A stretch of DNA of 64,000 nt from Octopus sinensis (lineage: Eukaryota): positions 13,640,001-13,704,000 of the forward strand of contig NC_043012.1 in assembly GCF_006345805.1 (NCBI RefSeq), given 5' to 3'. The stretch's first letter is position 1. Each line of letters begins with the position of its first letter. A program made the position numbers and the translations under genes. Positions 13,095 through 27,189 of this stretch are shown piece by piece. A model generated the notes under the pieces. It was given only the letters and a program-made list of their open reading frames with translations. It did no database searches and was not told the origin of the DNA.

Positions 13095-13095
<1 letters not shown>
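12880..13095 (+). mobile_element. SINE family A, 3' half
   Basis: Body and GGCGGTGCTTCAGCATGGCCGCAGTCAAATGACTGAAAC end with (AGTAAAG)n tail. Confidence 0.85.
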
Positions 13096-13140
<45 letters not shown>

Positions 13141-13186
13141 CTCTTTACTCTTTACTCTTACAAGTAAAAGAGTAAAGAGTAAAGAG

Positions 13187-13217
<31 letters not shown>

Positions 13218-13224
13218 ATATATA

Positions 13225-13257
<33 letters not shown>

Positions 13258-13297
13258 CTCATTTCTACCCTCAGTATTTTAATACATACATAGTTAC

Positions 13298-13347
<50 letters not shown>

Positions 13348-13401
13348 GTTTATCTATATGATATATATATATATATTAGATGTATTATATATATATTATA
13401 C

Positions 13402-13670
<269 letters not shown>

Positions 13671-13984
13671 TATATATATATATATATATTATATATATAT
13701 AATATATATATATATATACATATATAATAAAGGGTAAAACTACGGAATTAATAATTATTAATTAACCAAGTAGTTCAGTATTCCAAAAGAACCATTATCA
13801 GTAAACCTATTCTATAATTATGAGTATAATTATAATTGGGGTTCATCAAAATTTGCTTAACCACATACGGAAATTTAGAAATAGCAGTTAAACTACTATT
13901 TCCCTACCATAAGAAAATATCCCAGACAGCAATACTCAACAACTGAAAGAAGCACGTCGTATATATGGATATGTATATATATAT

Positions 13985-14212
13985 GTGTGTGTCTGTGTCT
14001 TTGTGTGGCTTTGTTTGCTCCCCCCCTAACATAACTTGACAACTGATGCTGGTGTGTTAACGTCCTCGTAACTTAGCGGTTCGGAAAAGAGACCGATAGA
14101 ATAAGTTATAGACTTAAAAAGAATAAGTCCTGGGGTCGATTTCCTCGACTAAAAGTTTTGCTCCAGCATGGCCGCAGTCAAATGACTGACACAAGTAAAA
14201 CAGTAAAAAAGA
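13985..14212 (+). mobile_element. SINE family A, 3' half
   Basis: Same body and tail as the other family A copies. Confidence 0.8.
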
Positions 14213-14629
14213 GTATTGTTATGCTTGCCATCTCAGTATATCTGATTTTAACTTCATCATATATAAATGAACGTTTGCCACAAGTAGAATCTGATTTTCC
14301 TTTTATTTATCAAATTTCAGCCATTTTACAGATTGCATAACACTGTCATTTATATTGAGAATTGAATTTAGCATGGTACTAGTTTTCATATTTTACAGAA
14401 ATATACTAAAATTTAGTTTCACTTGATGAAAGTATGTTCGATTTAAATTGACTAAATGTTGAATTACAAATTGTGTTTAAAATACATTTGGATGCATTAT
14501 CATAATGAATCTGTTTTCTTATGACAATTGTATATATATCCGTCTATACAAATTTTATACCTTCAGAGTTTTGAATTTGTGGGAAATTATTTTGATTTTC
14601 TTTTACTCTTTTATTTGTTTCAGTCCTTT

Positions 14630-15017
14630 GATAGCGGCCATGCTTGAGCACCCCCTTCAGTCGAAAAAATTGACTCCAGCACTTATTCCATCGGCTTCTT
14701 TTGCCGAACCACTAATTGACAGGACGCAAGCATACCAGCTTTGGCTGTCAAGTGATGGAGTGGGGACAAGTTAAGGCGGCGAGCTAGCAGACGTTAGCAC
14801 GCCGGGCGAAATGCGTAGCCGTATTTCGTCTGCCGTTACGTTCTGAGTTCAAATTCCGCCGAGGTCGACCTTGCCTTTCATCCTTTCGGGATCGATTAAA
14901 CAAGAAGCAGTTACGCACTGCAGTCTTAATCGACTTAATCCATTTGTCTGTCCTTGTTTGTCCCCTCTGTGTTTAGCCCATTGTGGGCAGTAAAGAAATA
15001 GGAGGGGGGACAAACAC

Positions 15018-15052
<35 letters not shown>

Positions 15053-15054
15053 CA

Positions 15055-15092
<38 letters not shown>

Positions 15093-15266
15093 TATACATA
15101 TACGACGGGCCTTTTTCAGTTTCCGTCTACCAAATTCACTCACAAGGCTTTGATCGGCCCGGGGCTACAGAAGACAACACTTACCCAAGGTGTCACAAAG
15201 TAGGACTGAAATCCGGAAGCATGTGGTTGCTATATAAGCTAATTACCACACAGCCACTCCCGCGCT
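14630..15266 (-). mobile_element. SINE family A (minus) interrupted by SINE family B (plus, ~14772-15002)
   Basis: Family A halves flank a full family B copy. GGAGTGGGGACAA / GGAGGGGGGACAA is duplicated on either side. Confidence 0.8.
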
Positions 15267-15520
15267 TATTATCTCTATTTTAAATATTGTTAAAGAAAGA
15301 AAAACACATACCTGAGAAGGTAGTTTGCATTGTATCAACAAAAAATATCTTTTACAAACTGAAATCTATCAATTAAACTGTTATCACGTTACATTTAGCA
15401 GCGAACACATCAGGCATGTTTACTTGCTTCACACACACACATATATATACATATGTATATGTATATATATGTGTATATATATATATATATTTGTGTATAT
15501 ATATATATATTTGTGTATAT

Positions 15521-15551
<31 letters not shown>

Positions 15552-16416
15552 TATAGTATATATTATATACTGTAAATTTTAAAGCAGAGGGTGCGTAAAT
15601 GTACTAAAAAATGTAGTAAATTCTGACTATATTTTAAATATTCATTTACTTTTAGTCTGACAAATGAGTGGTTTGTATAAAAATTGCAGCACCATTGATT
15701 TTAATCTGGACAACTTTGGCTCTTGAATAAATACATAGAACATAAATAAATACGTAGACTTACGTGTCAAAGTTCAGCGGTGGAATTGTTTAGAGTGCGT
15801 TGTATAGATATGATACTGCGAAGATATTTCTTTCATTTCCACCCACAGTGTTGAACGTTTCAGGTAATAGACTTCAGAAACAACTCTGTTGTGACTCGAT
15901 ACTTGGAGAACGAACCCCAAAATTACTTTCTCGGTCTTGGATATGTCAAAATATATGAAAGTTAAACCTAGATTCTCGGTAAAGAAACTATGCTTCCGAT
16001 GTATTTGGTGTCCTTTCAAGATGCACAGTATTTCGTGTCGTTGCTGAATAGATAACGGAGATGAAGTGCATAGTGTGGGGTGCACCTATGAAATCCAGGC
16101 ATTTCTTGTTATTATGAATGTTTGGAGAAAACGTTGGACGGAACATATTTCCAAATCATTGTGATTTCTAGTTGATGGTTGAAGGGAGTGCTCTGCAACC
16201 GAGACTGTATCTACTTTATATCCATTTGTCTCTGTGTATCGGTGTAGGTGGACGCGTGTGTACATACCTCTATCTATCTATATATTTCAATCTCCTTCTC
16301 TCTCTCTCTTTCTATCAATCTTACAGTCCCCCCTCTCTCTCTATATATATATAGAGAGAGAGAGAGAGATTCATATATATATATATATATATGATCTACT
16401 CTTATTATAAATATAT

Positions 16417-16463
<47 letters not shown>

Positions 16464-17110
16464 GTAAGTATGTGTATGTATGTGTATGTATATATATATA
16501 TGTATATGTATGTATTTATATGTATGTTTGTATGTATATAAGTTAATATTTGTTTGCCTTAATACATAATATATATACACATAGAACATGCTTCATTGGA
16601 GTAATTGATGTGAAAAGCGTTGTCTTTGTAAGATGATTTCTGAAAACTTAGTCTCAAATGACAATATGTTACAAACAAATTCGATAACAATGCAACACTC
16701 CTTGAAGAGAGGAGAGATGATTATATACATTACGAAAACTTAGCTTTTAGAACAGTCACTTAATTTGCCTGTATGTATTGAAAATTGTTATTAAACGGAA
16801 CTGAATAAAATCATTCTAGTCGTAAAAGTGCGTATTTTTGCTAATAAATTTCTATCAGGTAATTGTGATATAAAATCAATGAAGGTATTATCAGGAGCAT
16901 TACTCCAAACAAAGATATTATAACAACACCGTAACTCAATGACTAATGTTCACCAAATGTCGATTAATGAATAATAAACTTATGTAGCAGTAATTATTCC
17001 TATGTGTTTACCCTGAATGCGTGATATATGATAGAATATGTACGATCTTTATGAAGCAGCCTCTAAATGCTCGTCACTAAAAACACACATCAGTATTATG
17101 TTATTGTTAT

Positions 17111-17570
17111 GGGATCTTTTCGGTTTGACCGGTAGTTTTTTAAAATAATTTCCACGTAACTAAACACTTTTAAACTTCGTATACTGGTAGAATGTGTTTA
17201 TAAAACATCTTTTCTCTCGGCTTTATTGAGAAAATCGTATAGTTTGTAAGATATTTGTTATTTTTCTTCAATTTCTGCAATTTCAACCAACAAATGACGT
17301 CTATTGAGGTGAAAACATTCTGTGCCGCATGAATATGTCCCTCGTTTAAGAAACAGATTGGGTTTATTTACATTTCTGAAGAAAAAGAGATACCCTTGCC
17401 CCCACCCATAACCCTAACCCTAACCCTAACTAACCCTAACTAACCCTAACTCTAACCCTAACCCTAAAACAGATTGAAATGCAATAGATTGATACTAGGG
17501 TCATAATTATGGGTGACCATTTCATATGACACCGCTAGAAAAAAATGCCGTTCAAACCGAAAAGATCTTC
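17111..17570. mobile_element. Non-autonomous DNA element (MITE-like) with ~28-bp TIRs and an internal (TAACCC)n tract
   Basis: GATCTTTTCGGTTTGA[C/A]CGG[T/C]A.TTTTTT inverted at both ends. GTTA(T) on both flanks. Telomere-like repeats at ~17408-17466. Confidence 0.75.
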
Positions 17571-17611
17571 GTTATGAGAGCATTTAATTGCGAATATTTA
17601 ATGCCACTGAT

Positions 17612-17780
17612 GCGGCGAGCTGGTAGAATTGTTAGTATGTGAGGCAAAATGATTAACGGCATTTCGTCCGTCCACACGTTCCGAGTTCAAAATTCTGCCG
17701 AGATCGACTTTGTCTTTCATCCTTCGGGGTCTTTAAAATAAGTACCGGTTGAAAAGTTAGCCAATTTCTCGTATTCCTGA
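17612..17780 (+). mobile_element. SINE family B, diverged
   Basis: GCGGCGAGCTGGTAGAATTGTTAG head and ATCGACTTTGTCTTTCATCCTTCGGGGTC core. Confidence 0.65.
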
Positions 17781-18067
17781 ATTTGCGCCTAAATTTGAAC
17801 ACAATATTGAATACCACTTAGCTGTACGTAGGCAACATTACAGATGCACTCTTAAAATTCTCAAAACCGCCGTAACAACAGCAATATATACGAAGCCATA
17901 TATGCACATCATCACTACCTGTCTGATGAGTATACCAGGAACATGCATCACAAACTTATGTGCACGATATGGTGATCTCATATCAATATAAACAGCGCGT
18001 GACATCGCGCTGTTTATATTATTATTATTATTATCATCATCATCATCATTATTATTATTATTATTAC

Positions 18068-18115
<48 letters not shown>

Positions 18116-19041
18116 CATTAAACGCATATACTTAACGTATATACTTCGTGCATTTTCCAGTGGTTACAAAAGTATGGCAGAATACATACACTGTTAAAAC
18201 ACCTTAGTATCATGTACGGGCAAGATAACTCACTGTCAGTCACATTCGGGAGTAATGGAAATCGATGTTTCGCCATTTATTATTTTATTAGTATAAATTT
18301 ATTGCTAGCCGGTCCCGTAAATATTTCACGGAATCAATGGTATAATTATTCCGTTATACTGAAAACTTTACCCCAAAAATCTGAACGCGTAGACTGTGTG
18401 GTATCTATATGGAAATTTATTCGCTCATCTGCCACTCATTGAAAAGTGAAAGAGATTGGAATACGATGATTACTCAATGCACTTTATGTATACACCTTAT
18501 ATACTTTATGCACAATTGTGTATTAAGAATTAATATTCACTCTTACTTTTCCAAAAAAAGTTACATATGATACAACCTTTAGTTAAATTGCATATATCTA
18601 CCAAGTAAAGAAGCGTGAATATTTCAGGGAATTGTGCATATGTGCCTACGTTAAGTGATAGGTGATATAAAAAAAACCTTAGTTCAATTTTTTAAAAATA
18701 TAATTTTCACTATCCAGTCACTACTACCACCACCTCCATCACCTCCATCACCACCACTACCATCATCATCTCTCTCCCTCCTTTCTCTTACCTCTCACTC
18801 CCCCTCCCTCTGTCGCTCTCCGTCCTCTCTTCTCACTACGTTTCTTGAACTTCACCATCAGTGCATCACCTTTCTGCTGAAATTATATTTTTATCTCTCC
18901 TCCTCGAAGTAATATTACACCCCCACATCTCACGCCCAGGATGCTTCCCTCTCCCTCTATTCTTTCTCCCTCGTTTTCAGTAATCATATCACCGACGGGC
19001 TAAGTAACTCAGTGACAAGCAGAACAGCTATTTCTTCATGT

Positions 19042-19072
<31 letters not shown>

Positions 19073-22000
19073 AACAATTTTTTCACTTAAATAAATATAT
19101 TTATTTATATTATGTAGAGGGTATTACTATACATAAATGCCACACGCTAGGACGGATTCTTAAAGTCAAAACTACCAGAATAAATAAACACATTGTACCG
19201 AATGTAACTCTTGAAACAAGTCATTTGAAAACAGAATTTAGCTGCATATCACCGTTATTTATAATTTATTTTTGCTAAAGTTCACAGGGAATTTTCAGTT
19301 TGAAAATAGAATTTACAACAAGCTTCAATTATTTCCCAAGGATTCAATTTGAACTTAAGATAGTGATTATGGCAAGATCATATATCATTTCAGTCTTAAC
19401 GTCTCAAGATTAAAAAATGGTTCAACTTGCCTTACCCTCACCTACAATTAAAATAAAATCATTAGCGCCTTAAACGTCTTACTACATGGTGTTAATTTGT
19501 TAAAACAATGCAGTTGGGCTTATGAAGGAACTTGCAAAAAGATGCCTTCTTTTCTCACATAATCTATAGTTTCACAGTTATAAACACTAACATGATATAT
19601 AATTTAAAATATTCTCGCAGACCAACACCAGTGTTCTTGCTGATATTCTGCAGTATAAGAAACAACATCCTCCTTCAATACACAGTTCTTAGGGCCACAT
19701 TCGAACTTTTTACACAACCATTAGAACGTGAAGCGGCCTCACTAACGCAGGTTTCTGAGATTGCTGTGATCTGTAAACAGTTTTGAGTAGGAACCGGAAA
19801 GAGAAGTACAAACACGCAATACATATGTGCACACTGAATTCGTAAAAAGGAAGGGAAGAATTAAAACGGAATATCAAACAATAATATGATGGGGTGTATG
19901 CTATGTCTGACACCACTATCACGAAGCTTTGCTGTAATTTTCTCGCCATTTCTGTGTTAAACCATTGAGTATCACATCCTCAATTTTCCTAACAAAATTT
20001 TGCTACTACGCCAACAAATTCTTTCTACCTTCTTGTAGCCATCTCCAAGGAGATTAAATTCCTACCACCTGCATTTATTCAATCAACACATCAGCCGATT
20101 ATTTGACTCTTCTTTCCTACTTTGAAAAATTCCAACATATATTCGATAACTTATATATCCAACAAATACTTTATTTACGTAGAGTTTGAATAAACACAAT
20201 CCAGCTAAACTTTGAAGCAAAAGTTAACAAACTTATAATCAATTATTCACACCAGGCATGCTCTTTGAGCTATCGCTTTTGAAAATATTTCTATATTGAC
20301 ACATACACATATGTATATGTGTATCTGTCTAGATATATATCAAACGGAAATAGAAGGAACATAGAAACAGCACTGGAAGTTTTTTTTCTAATTTCAAAGC
20401 GTATTACCATTTAATGTTTGTGCATATATTGAAAATATAATGTATGGCAAATAATCATATATGTACTGGTTTCAACTCAGATTACGCATTTTAAGGATAA
20501 CTGAATATCTTTTATAAACTTTCTTTAAGTGTCGTTTGCATAAAGTCAAATGTAATATAGAATAAAATTAAATAAAATTATTTACCTATTATTTCTGTAA
20601 TATATATTGAATATTCATGACCTGGCCACTAAATGTTATTTTCTAAATCCATCATAGCTTGCCATAAATTACAAAAAATAAATAATGAAATAAATATGAA
20701 AGAAGAGAAAATAAAACTATTCACCTATTTTTCCCTATTATAATCTCCATGTGTATGTCCATAAGTCAGAATCTTGACAACTGAGATGTGTTAAACAATC
20801 GTAAGCCTATTTCAATTAAAACGAAAGCCTGTCCTTTTGATTAAGATTTACTTACAATAATGAAAGTAAAATTTGTTAACACATTAATAATTTCATGTTA
20901 GTCCTACTTGCCTACAATTGTAGGGTGAAACATGTACTGGATCTTTTCTGTTTCAAATTTTAGTTTCTTCAATTTCTGTTCCAATTGAATTTATATTTGG
21001 TTTAATGATGTAGTTTTATATGCTAATCATTGACATAAATTCATTTTCGTCATATATCAATAAACAAGGAGTGAATAGCTTTTCAAGTCTGCAAATTTTG
21101 TGTAATATTGGCCAGTTGTAAGCCACAAACACATTGATGACTATTTCCATATTAAGAAGCCAATCATGAGAACTGTTGAGAAGCGTTGACAAATATGTTC
21201 TACTCATTTAGGTGGTCGTGAGATGTGATAAAAATAACAGCTAAGTAAGCCTTAAATCACGCATCATCAATGTTTTTGTTTTGGTTCTTGCATAATCATA
21301 TGAATTCCTGCGTATACAATACAAATTTACAAAAGTTTTCTGAAAATTCAAAACAATAAGTTCCGAAGGTTTATAGGGCGCTACGTAAAGCAGAACTCTG
21401 CTGTTATTTCACCTGCAATCACGCATAAAATGGTAGCTTCCAAATGTTGTTTTCTGACTGGGTAAAACTTATCAAACTTTAAAGCTCTATAATTTTTTAA
21501 ATCATTTTCTGGAAAGGTGAAATATCGCTAAAGGTTCAGCGTAGAATCAGTAAACCAAATTCCAAAATGCTCAGTAAAGTCTGAAATTTCCACAGGCGTA
21601 GCCAAACGGAAAACATCCCATATCCTGAACTTACAAACGGCTGCATACCGTACAATTTCTTCTATGAACACGTTACAAACATTACAGGGGAAAAGTAGTG
21701 ATGAGCTCTCCAGTTTCGGCTCTTACCTATGCATCAAGTACTCTACATAAGTACTCTACATAAATTTGAACTTGACATGTGCTGATACATGGACTGTCCT
21801 GTTTTTTGAAAGATGGCAAGCAACGAATCTAAAATGACACTGAAAGTCCGACATCTGATTTAGTCTCTTGCTGCGATACTCTGGATATTGTGTGTGAAAA
21901 TATAATGTGAATAAAAGCAAAAAGATTCCAAATCAAAATAGGAATTGATAGTAAACAAGCTCACTTCGTTTAATCTAGCCATAGGCATGTAAATCCAAAC

Positions 22001-23852
22001 GGTTTTAGTTTTTACATAATTCTGTTATGTTTACGTCTGCAGCAGGAACTTATAGCAGTACACATCATCTGAAATCACAAATAAATTTGAACAGAGATAA
22101 CTAGAAATTGGTAGCCATTGATAAATTTCAAAACAGAAGCAATGATAGGTACTAAATCATTATCATTAGAAATTTATATACATGGAACCTGAAAAATAAA
22201 TAAGAACAAATTGTTTGGCTGATGATGAAAGAAAATACAGAAAAAAAAAGAAAGAACAAAGATTAGATTTAATGGACAACAAATATTTGAATAAGTCATG
22301 TCCTAAAGTCATGAATAAGTCATGTCCTAACTAACAGTTTTTATCTTTGGTGTGAGTAAAACATAGTTTTATACTTAAAATGTAAATTAAAAATCAGAAT
22401 TTTGGAAACCAAACAGTTTAAACTTTTTTTCCAAAACATGATGATCAGCGTTTCTAAACATTTCAAAGTCGAAGCGAAGAATGAACGTAAGAGAGTGACA
22501 AAATATGTAAGTGCGTGTTTCTGTGTGTGTACACGGGTGCGTGTATCAGTGTGTATGTGTGTGTGTGTGAATCTCTGTTTGTATGCCTGTTGTAATCGCA
22601 AGTACAAAAACCTGGAATTGACGGGTAATCGTAGCCAAACATTTTCCGACTATCTATTCATCTACCCGTCTATCTATCAAACTGGTACGTGCATAGAAGC
22701 ACTGAACACTTTTCAGAAAACCCTCGGGTTTGTTATTTTTGCTTTTCGTCTGTATTTTTGTTTCATCAACGGATTTAAAGCTTGCGTTATATTTTTTAGC
22801 AACGCACTTCATTTCCCGTTGCTCTGCAACCATTCGACATCTGACATGTAGCACCTACATGAACCTGTACAGGTAATGTCGATTTGATGTAGGGAGTGAG
22901 CTTATGCCTAGACAAACATTTCCTCACTATAAACAAATCCTCTGTGTCGTTGCTCGGTAAGAAATTGTCGGACCCTCATAAGTCGTCTAACGACGGGAAG
23001 TCACGTTATTATTATTATTATTATTATTATATACATATGCATACGTATATATACATGTGTATATATATATATGCATATGTACATGTATGTATATATATAT
23101 ATACAGTGTATATATATATATATATATGTATGTATATGTATATGTATATACAGTATATATGTATATATATTTTATATATTAATCAATCGATCAGTAACTC
23201 GTAAAATAGCTAGATAAACCGATTGACAGACGAATAGATACATAGATAGTGAAATGGATAAAAAGAGAGTGAAACAGAAATATTCTAATCGGTATATCGG
23301 CAGATTGGCATTAATTGAAGTATTCATAGGTACCAAAATAGATAACAATAAAAGACAGATCGACAGATAGACAAATATATAGACTGAGGAACAAGTGGTT
23401 AGAGGAACTTTAAGAGAAAGGTCGATGGATATAGATGGAAAAGGAATCTGAATATCGAATATTAACGTAAAATGAAAGCTGTAAGTATTGACAGATTCGG
23501 AAATACAAAATAACTGTATCAAATTGTAAATCCAATCAGGGAAATGGAGTTAAATTAAGCAAAATACCCCGCTAGTAATTACTACCAAAGCGCGGACGAA
23601 AATGGAAATATGTTGTAGTAGACCACGGAGATATCAGAAAGCTTTAAATAGCCGAAGAACACCTCATTAAATTTAACAAATGCTCATCTTGAAACGCCGG
23701 AACGAACCGGACCGATAAAAATAATTATATCTCCACATGCTAGAAGTATTTGAAATCCATAAGTTCTGAGTTGGGGATGTCTTAAGTTATTAATAGGGGA
23801 AAGACGTGAGAGGATCCGTTTAGTATTAGTAGGCAATGACGTTTGAACACTA

Positions 23853-23989
<137 letters not shown>

Positions 23990-24017
23990 GTGTGTGTGTG
24001 TGTGTGAGTGTGTGTGT

Positions 24018-24405
24018 ATAGGTGCAGGAGTGGCTGTGTTGTAGTATAGGCGCAGGAGTCGCTCTGTGGTAAGTAGCTTGCGTACCAACTATATGGTTCC
24101 GGGTTCAGTCTCGGACACACCGAAGACTTGTGAGTGGATTTGGTAGGCGGCAACTGAAAAAAGCCTGTCGTATATATATATATAAGTATGGGTGTGTGTT
24201 TGTGTGTCTGTGTTTGTCACCCCAACATCGCTCGGCAACAGATGCTGGTGTGTTTACACCCCCGTAACTTGGCGGTTTGGCAAAAGAGACCGATAGAATA
24301 AGTACTAGGCTTACAAAGAATAAGCCTTGGGGTCGATTTGCTCGACTAAAGGCGGTGCTCCAGCATGGCCGCAGTCAAATGACTGAAACAAGTAAAAGAA
24401 TAAAA
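24018..24405 (+). mobile_element. SINE family A, with duplicated head and internal deletion
   Basis: AGGTGCAGGAGTGGCTGTG immediately followed by AGGCGCAGGAGTCGCTCTGTGGTAAG; complete 3' end. Confidence 0.85.
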
Positions 24406-24779
24406 GTATATATATACACACGGGCTGAAAACACTAAGTACTAGTGTAATAATACAAACTTGTTATCGGTTAGAATATATTTGAGGCGTATTCGATCCTG
24501 CACAAAATCAATTCAATATATTTTGACTTGGAGAAAATTTACGCTGTAAACATTTAGGTATATCATATGAAGTCAGTTCGCACCTGTCTCCTCACCAGGC
24601 TGCTGGATGATTGGATTTTAGAGTGGTTGCCATCTCCTTAGCACCAGGAACGAGAAAGGCAGGTCTTTCGTCACGTATCTTATCTATCCCCAGCCGCAGA
24701 CAATCATTATAGGATGGATGGAATATATAAGAGTTCTCAATGTCTCCATCTTTCTCTTTTTCTCTTCCCCTCTATCCCT

Positions 24780-24847
<68 letters not shown>

Positions 24848-25160
24848 GCCAGTTCACACCTAAAGTAATAGATGCACATAAATATATGGGACCTATACAC
24901 ATTCAGCCGATTCCTTCAGGATGGGCATCACTCCCATCATATGCAGTTTTCTTTCAATGTCCAGATAACATCATATACCCTTTTAACAGATAACTAACAT
25001 TCACTCACTTGTCACTCACAGATATTGATATACAGATACACAGCCATATGCACTAAGGGACGTAGTTGAAAGGATTAAAGCAACTGTGTGCAGACCAGTG
25101 GACCATTCCTTTGTCTTGAGAACATAGAAACGGAGAAAACACGTAGATGTATATGTGTGT

Positions 25161-25202
<42 letters not shown>

Positions 25203-26210
25203 AGACAGAGAGAGAGAGTTACATCCATATATACATATATATATATATACGCGCACCAATATACATATATATTTATATATATATATATCTTTGTATGTAT
25301 GTATGCATGTATGTATCAATATTTATACGCACTATACATATATATATATATATATAATATATATATATATATGCGTATCATAAATGTCGATGGGAGTGTA
25401 TGATATAATTAAAGCTGTTCTTTACATATGACTTTCTCAAAACATAACATTAGGAAATCAGTTGTTGGCAAACACTTGATGCTTATGTGCAAATTATCCT
25501 TTATATCTGAAAAGCACGATAGATATATTATCAGAATTCATCTTTGAAAGCACTGCGATACTTTGATGTTATTGATTGAAAATTACGTTGCAAAACAAAA
25601 AAAATATACAAATAATCCTTTTAACACTAATGTACGGTATTGTTGTTTAGGAAGGAGTAATACCAGTTGACTGTAAGAAACGGATAACGATTTTAACCTC
25701 AAGCGATATTTCGAAAAGAAATAAATCAACTACTTACCAGCGTACTTAATGTCCATCCTGCGTAAATTGATAAATAATTGACTTTCTGTGAATACATTAT
25801 TATATGTATTTATGGTCGAGTGCGTGGCACACAATCTGATTACAATGGAAATATCGGAACAACCGAAAAGTTATTCATTTAAACTGGTACCAATATCTAT
25901 CTTTGACTCTGGACACCTCTATGTCTCAGTCGCCTAATCATTGGCCACACAGCATTATACAGTATAAGTCGCTTCTCTAAGCTGCACTATTGTAATAATT
26001 TTGTTTTTTACTACTTTAATGCCATGAATTCCCACCTAGGGTTTGTGGCTAGACTTTTAAAAGGTTTTAACAAGTCTATACATACATACATATTATATGT
26101 GTATGTGTATGTTTGTGTGGGTATGTATAAATATTTGTGTAACTACATGTAAATCGTTGGCGATTTTTTTCCTCCGTCTTCTTTTTCAGTTGGACTTTCC
26201 CCTGTCTCCT

Positions 26211-26245
26211 GTTTCCGATGAAGAGCTTTGCTCGAAACGTAAAAC
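26211..26245 (+). ncRNA. Minimal type I hammerhead-like motif (U4C variant) in a Penelope-derived repeat (~26100-26370)
   Basis: GTTT-CCGATGA-A-GAGC(TTT)GCTC-GAAA-CGT-A-AAAC: stem I GTTT/AAAC, 4-bp stem II and a palindromic ACGT in place of stem III. Confidence 0.6.
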
Positions 26246-27189
26246 CACTTTTCTTTCTTTCCCTGAACGTCTGCCAATATTTTACATGTACCACGTCCTC
26301 ACGTTATTTTCCTGTGTGTTTGTTCTTGGTTTTTTATTAATTTTATTAATTGACACACTATTTATTATCTTATAACAACAATGCTTGGGAAAATCGTGGA
26401 TTACATGGGAAAATGCGAGCATGAAATGTAATATTCTTAAGATGATAAACCTGGAAAATACACACGTTATTACACCTGGAAAAATATAGGAGAAGCTATT
26501 ACTAATAGTTAAGAATAAGAAACTCTTTACTTAAATATTGCAGCTAAAATTAAAATTTGAATATTAAAACTTACTTTATTATAGTTAACAAATACAACAA
26601 TACTTATTTAAGTAGAACTTCGCTAATTTACTTCCTTAAATACAGAAAATGAGTGGCTAATTAGACAAACTTACAAATTAGCTGAACAGTTTTGTACAAT
26701 AAATTTAAAGGATGAGAACTGTAAAGAGTGATAAATTAGAATTTATCAATTTAATTGCAAAGGTACCATCAGCTGCATAAATAAATATACTTTTATTCAG
26801 TTGGACACATTAATATAATTTTTCTGAAAAAATTTAACCGAGCAAGAAGATGGAAGAAACTTATGTTGAGGCTATTGAAGCGAAGAATAGACTACATTTC
26901 CAAGAAACGCATGAAGCCCACTGGGGTCATATCTCCTAAAGGATTGTGGTTCATTTCTTATTTGTCTTCTTATCAACTACTAAATCTAAGACTAGAAGAC
27001 TGTGTCTGTTTGGAATAAAGGGCAAGATTGAGCTCATGGCTAGGTACGGTCATAAATATTGTCAAGACGTTAGTAGTAGTAAATTGGGTATCTATAAAAG
27101 GAGGCTGGGTGGGAAAGACGCTAAATTATGATGTTAATTACTAGTTAAAGGGATAAGACTCTTAAAAAATCACGATGTTAAATACAGAG

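Noticed and set aside
17408-17466. True telomere or chromosome-fusion scar
   Set aside because: The tract is short, degenerate and enclosed within a TIR element.
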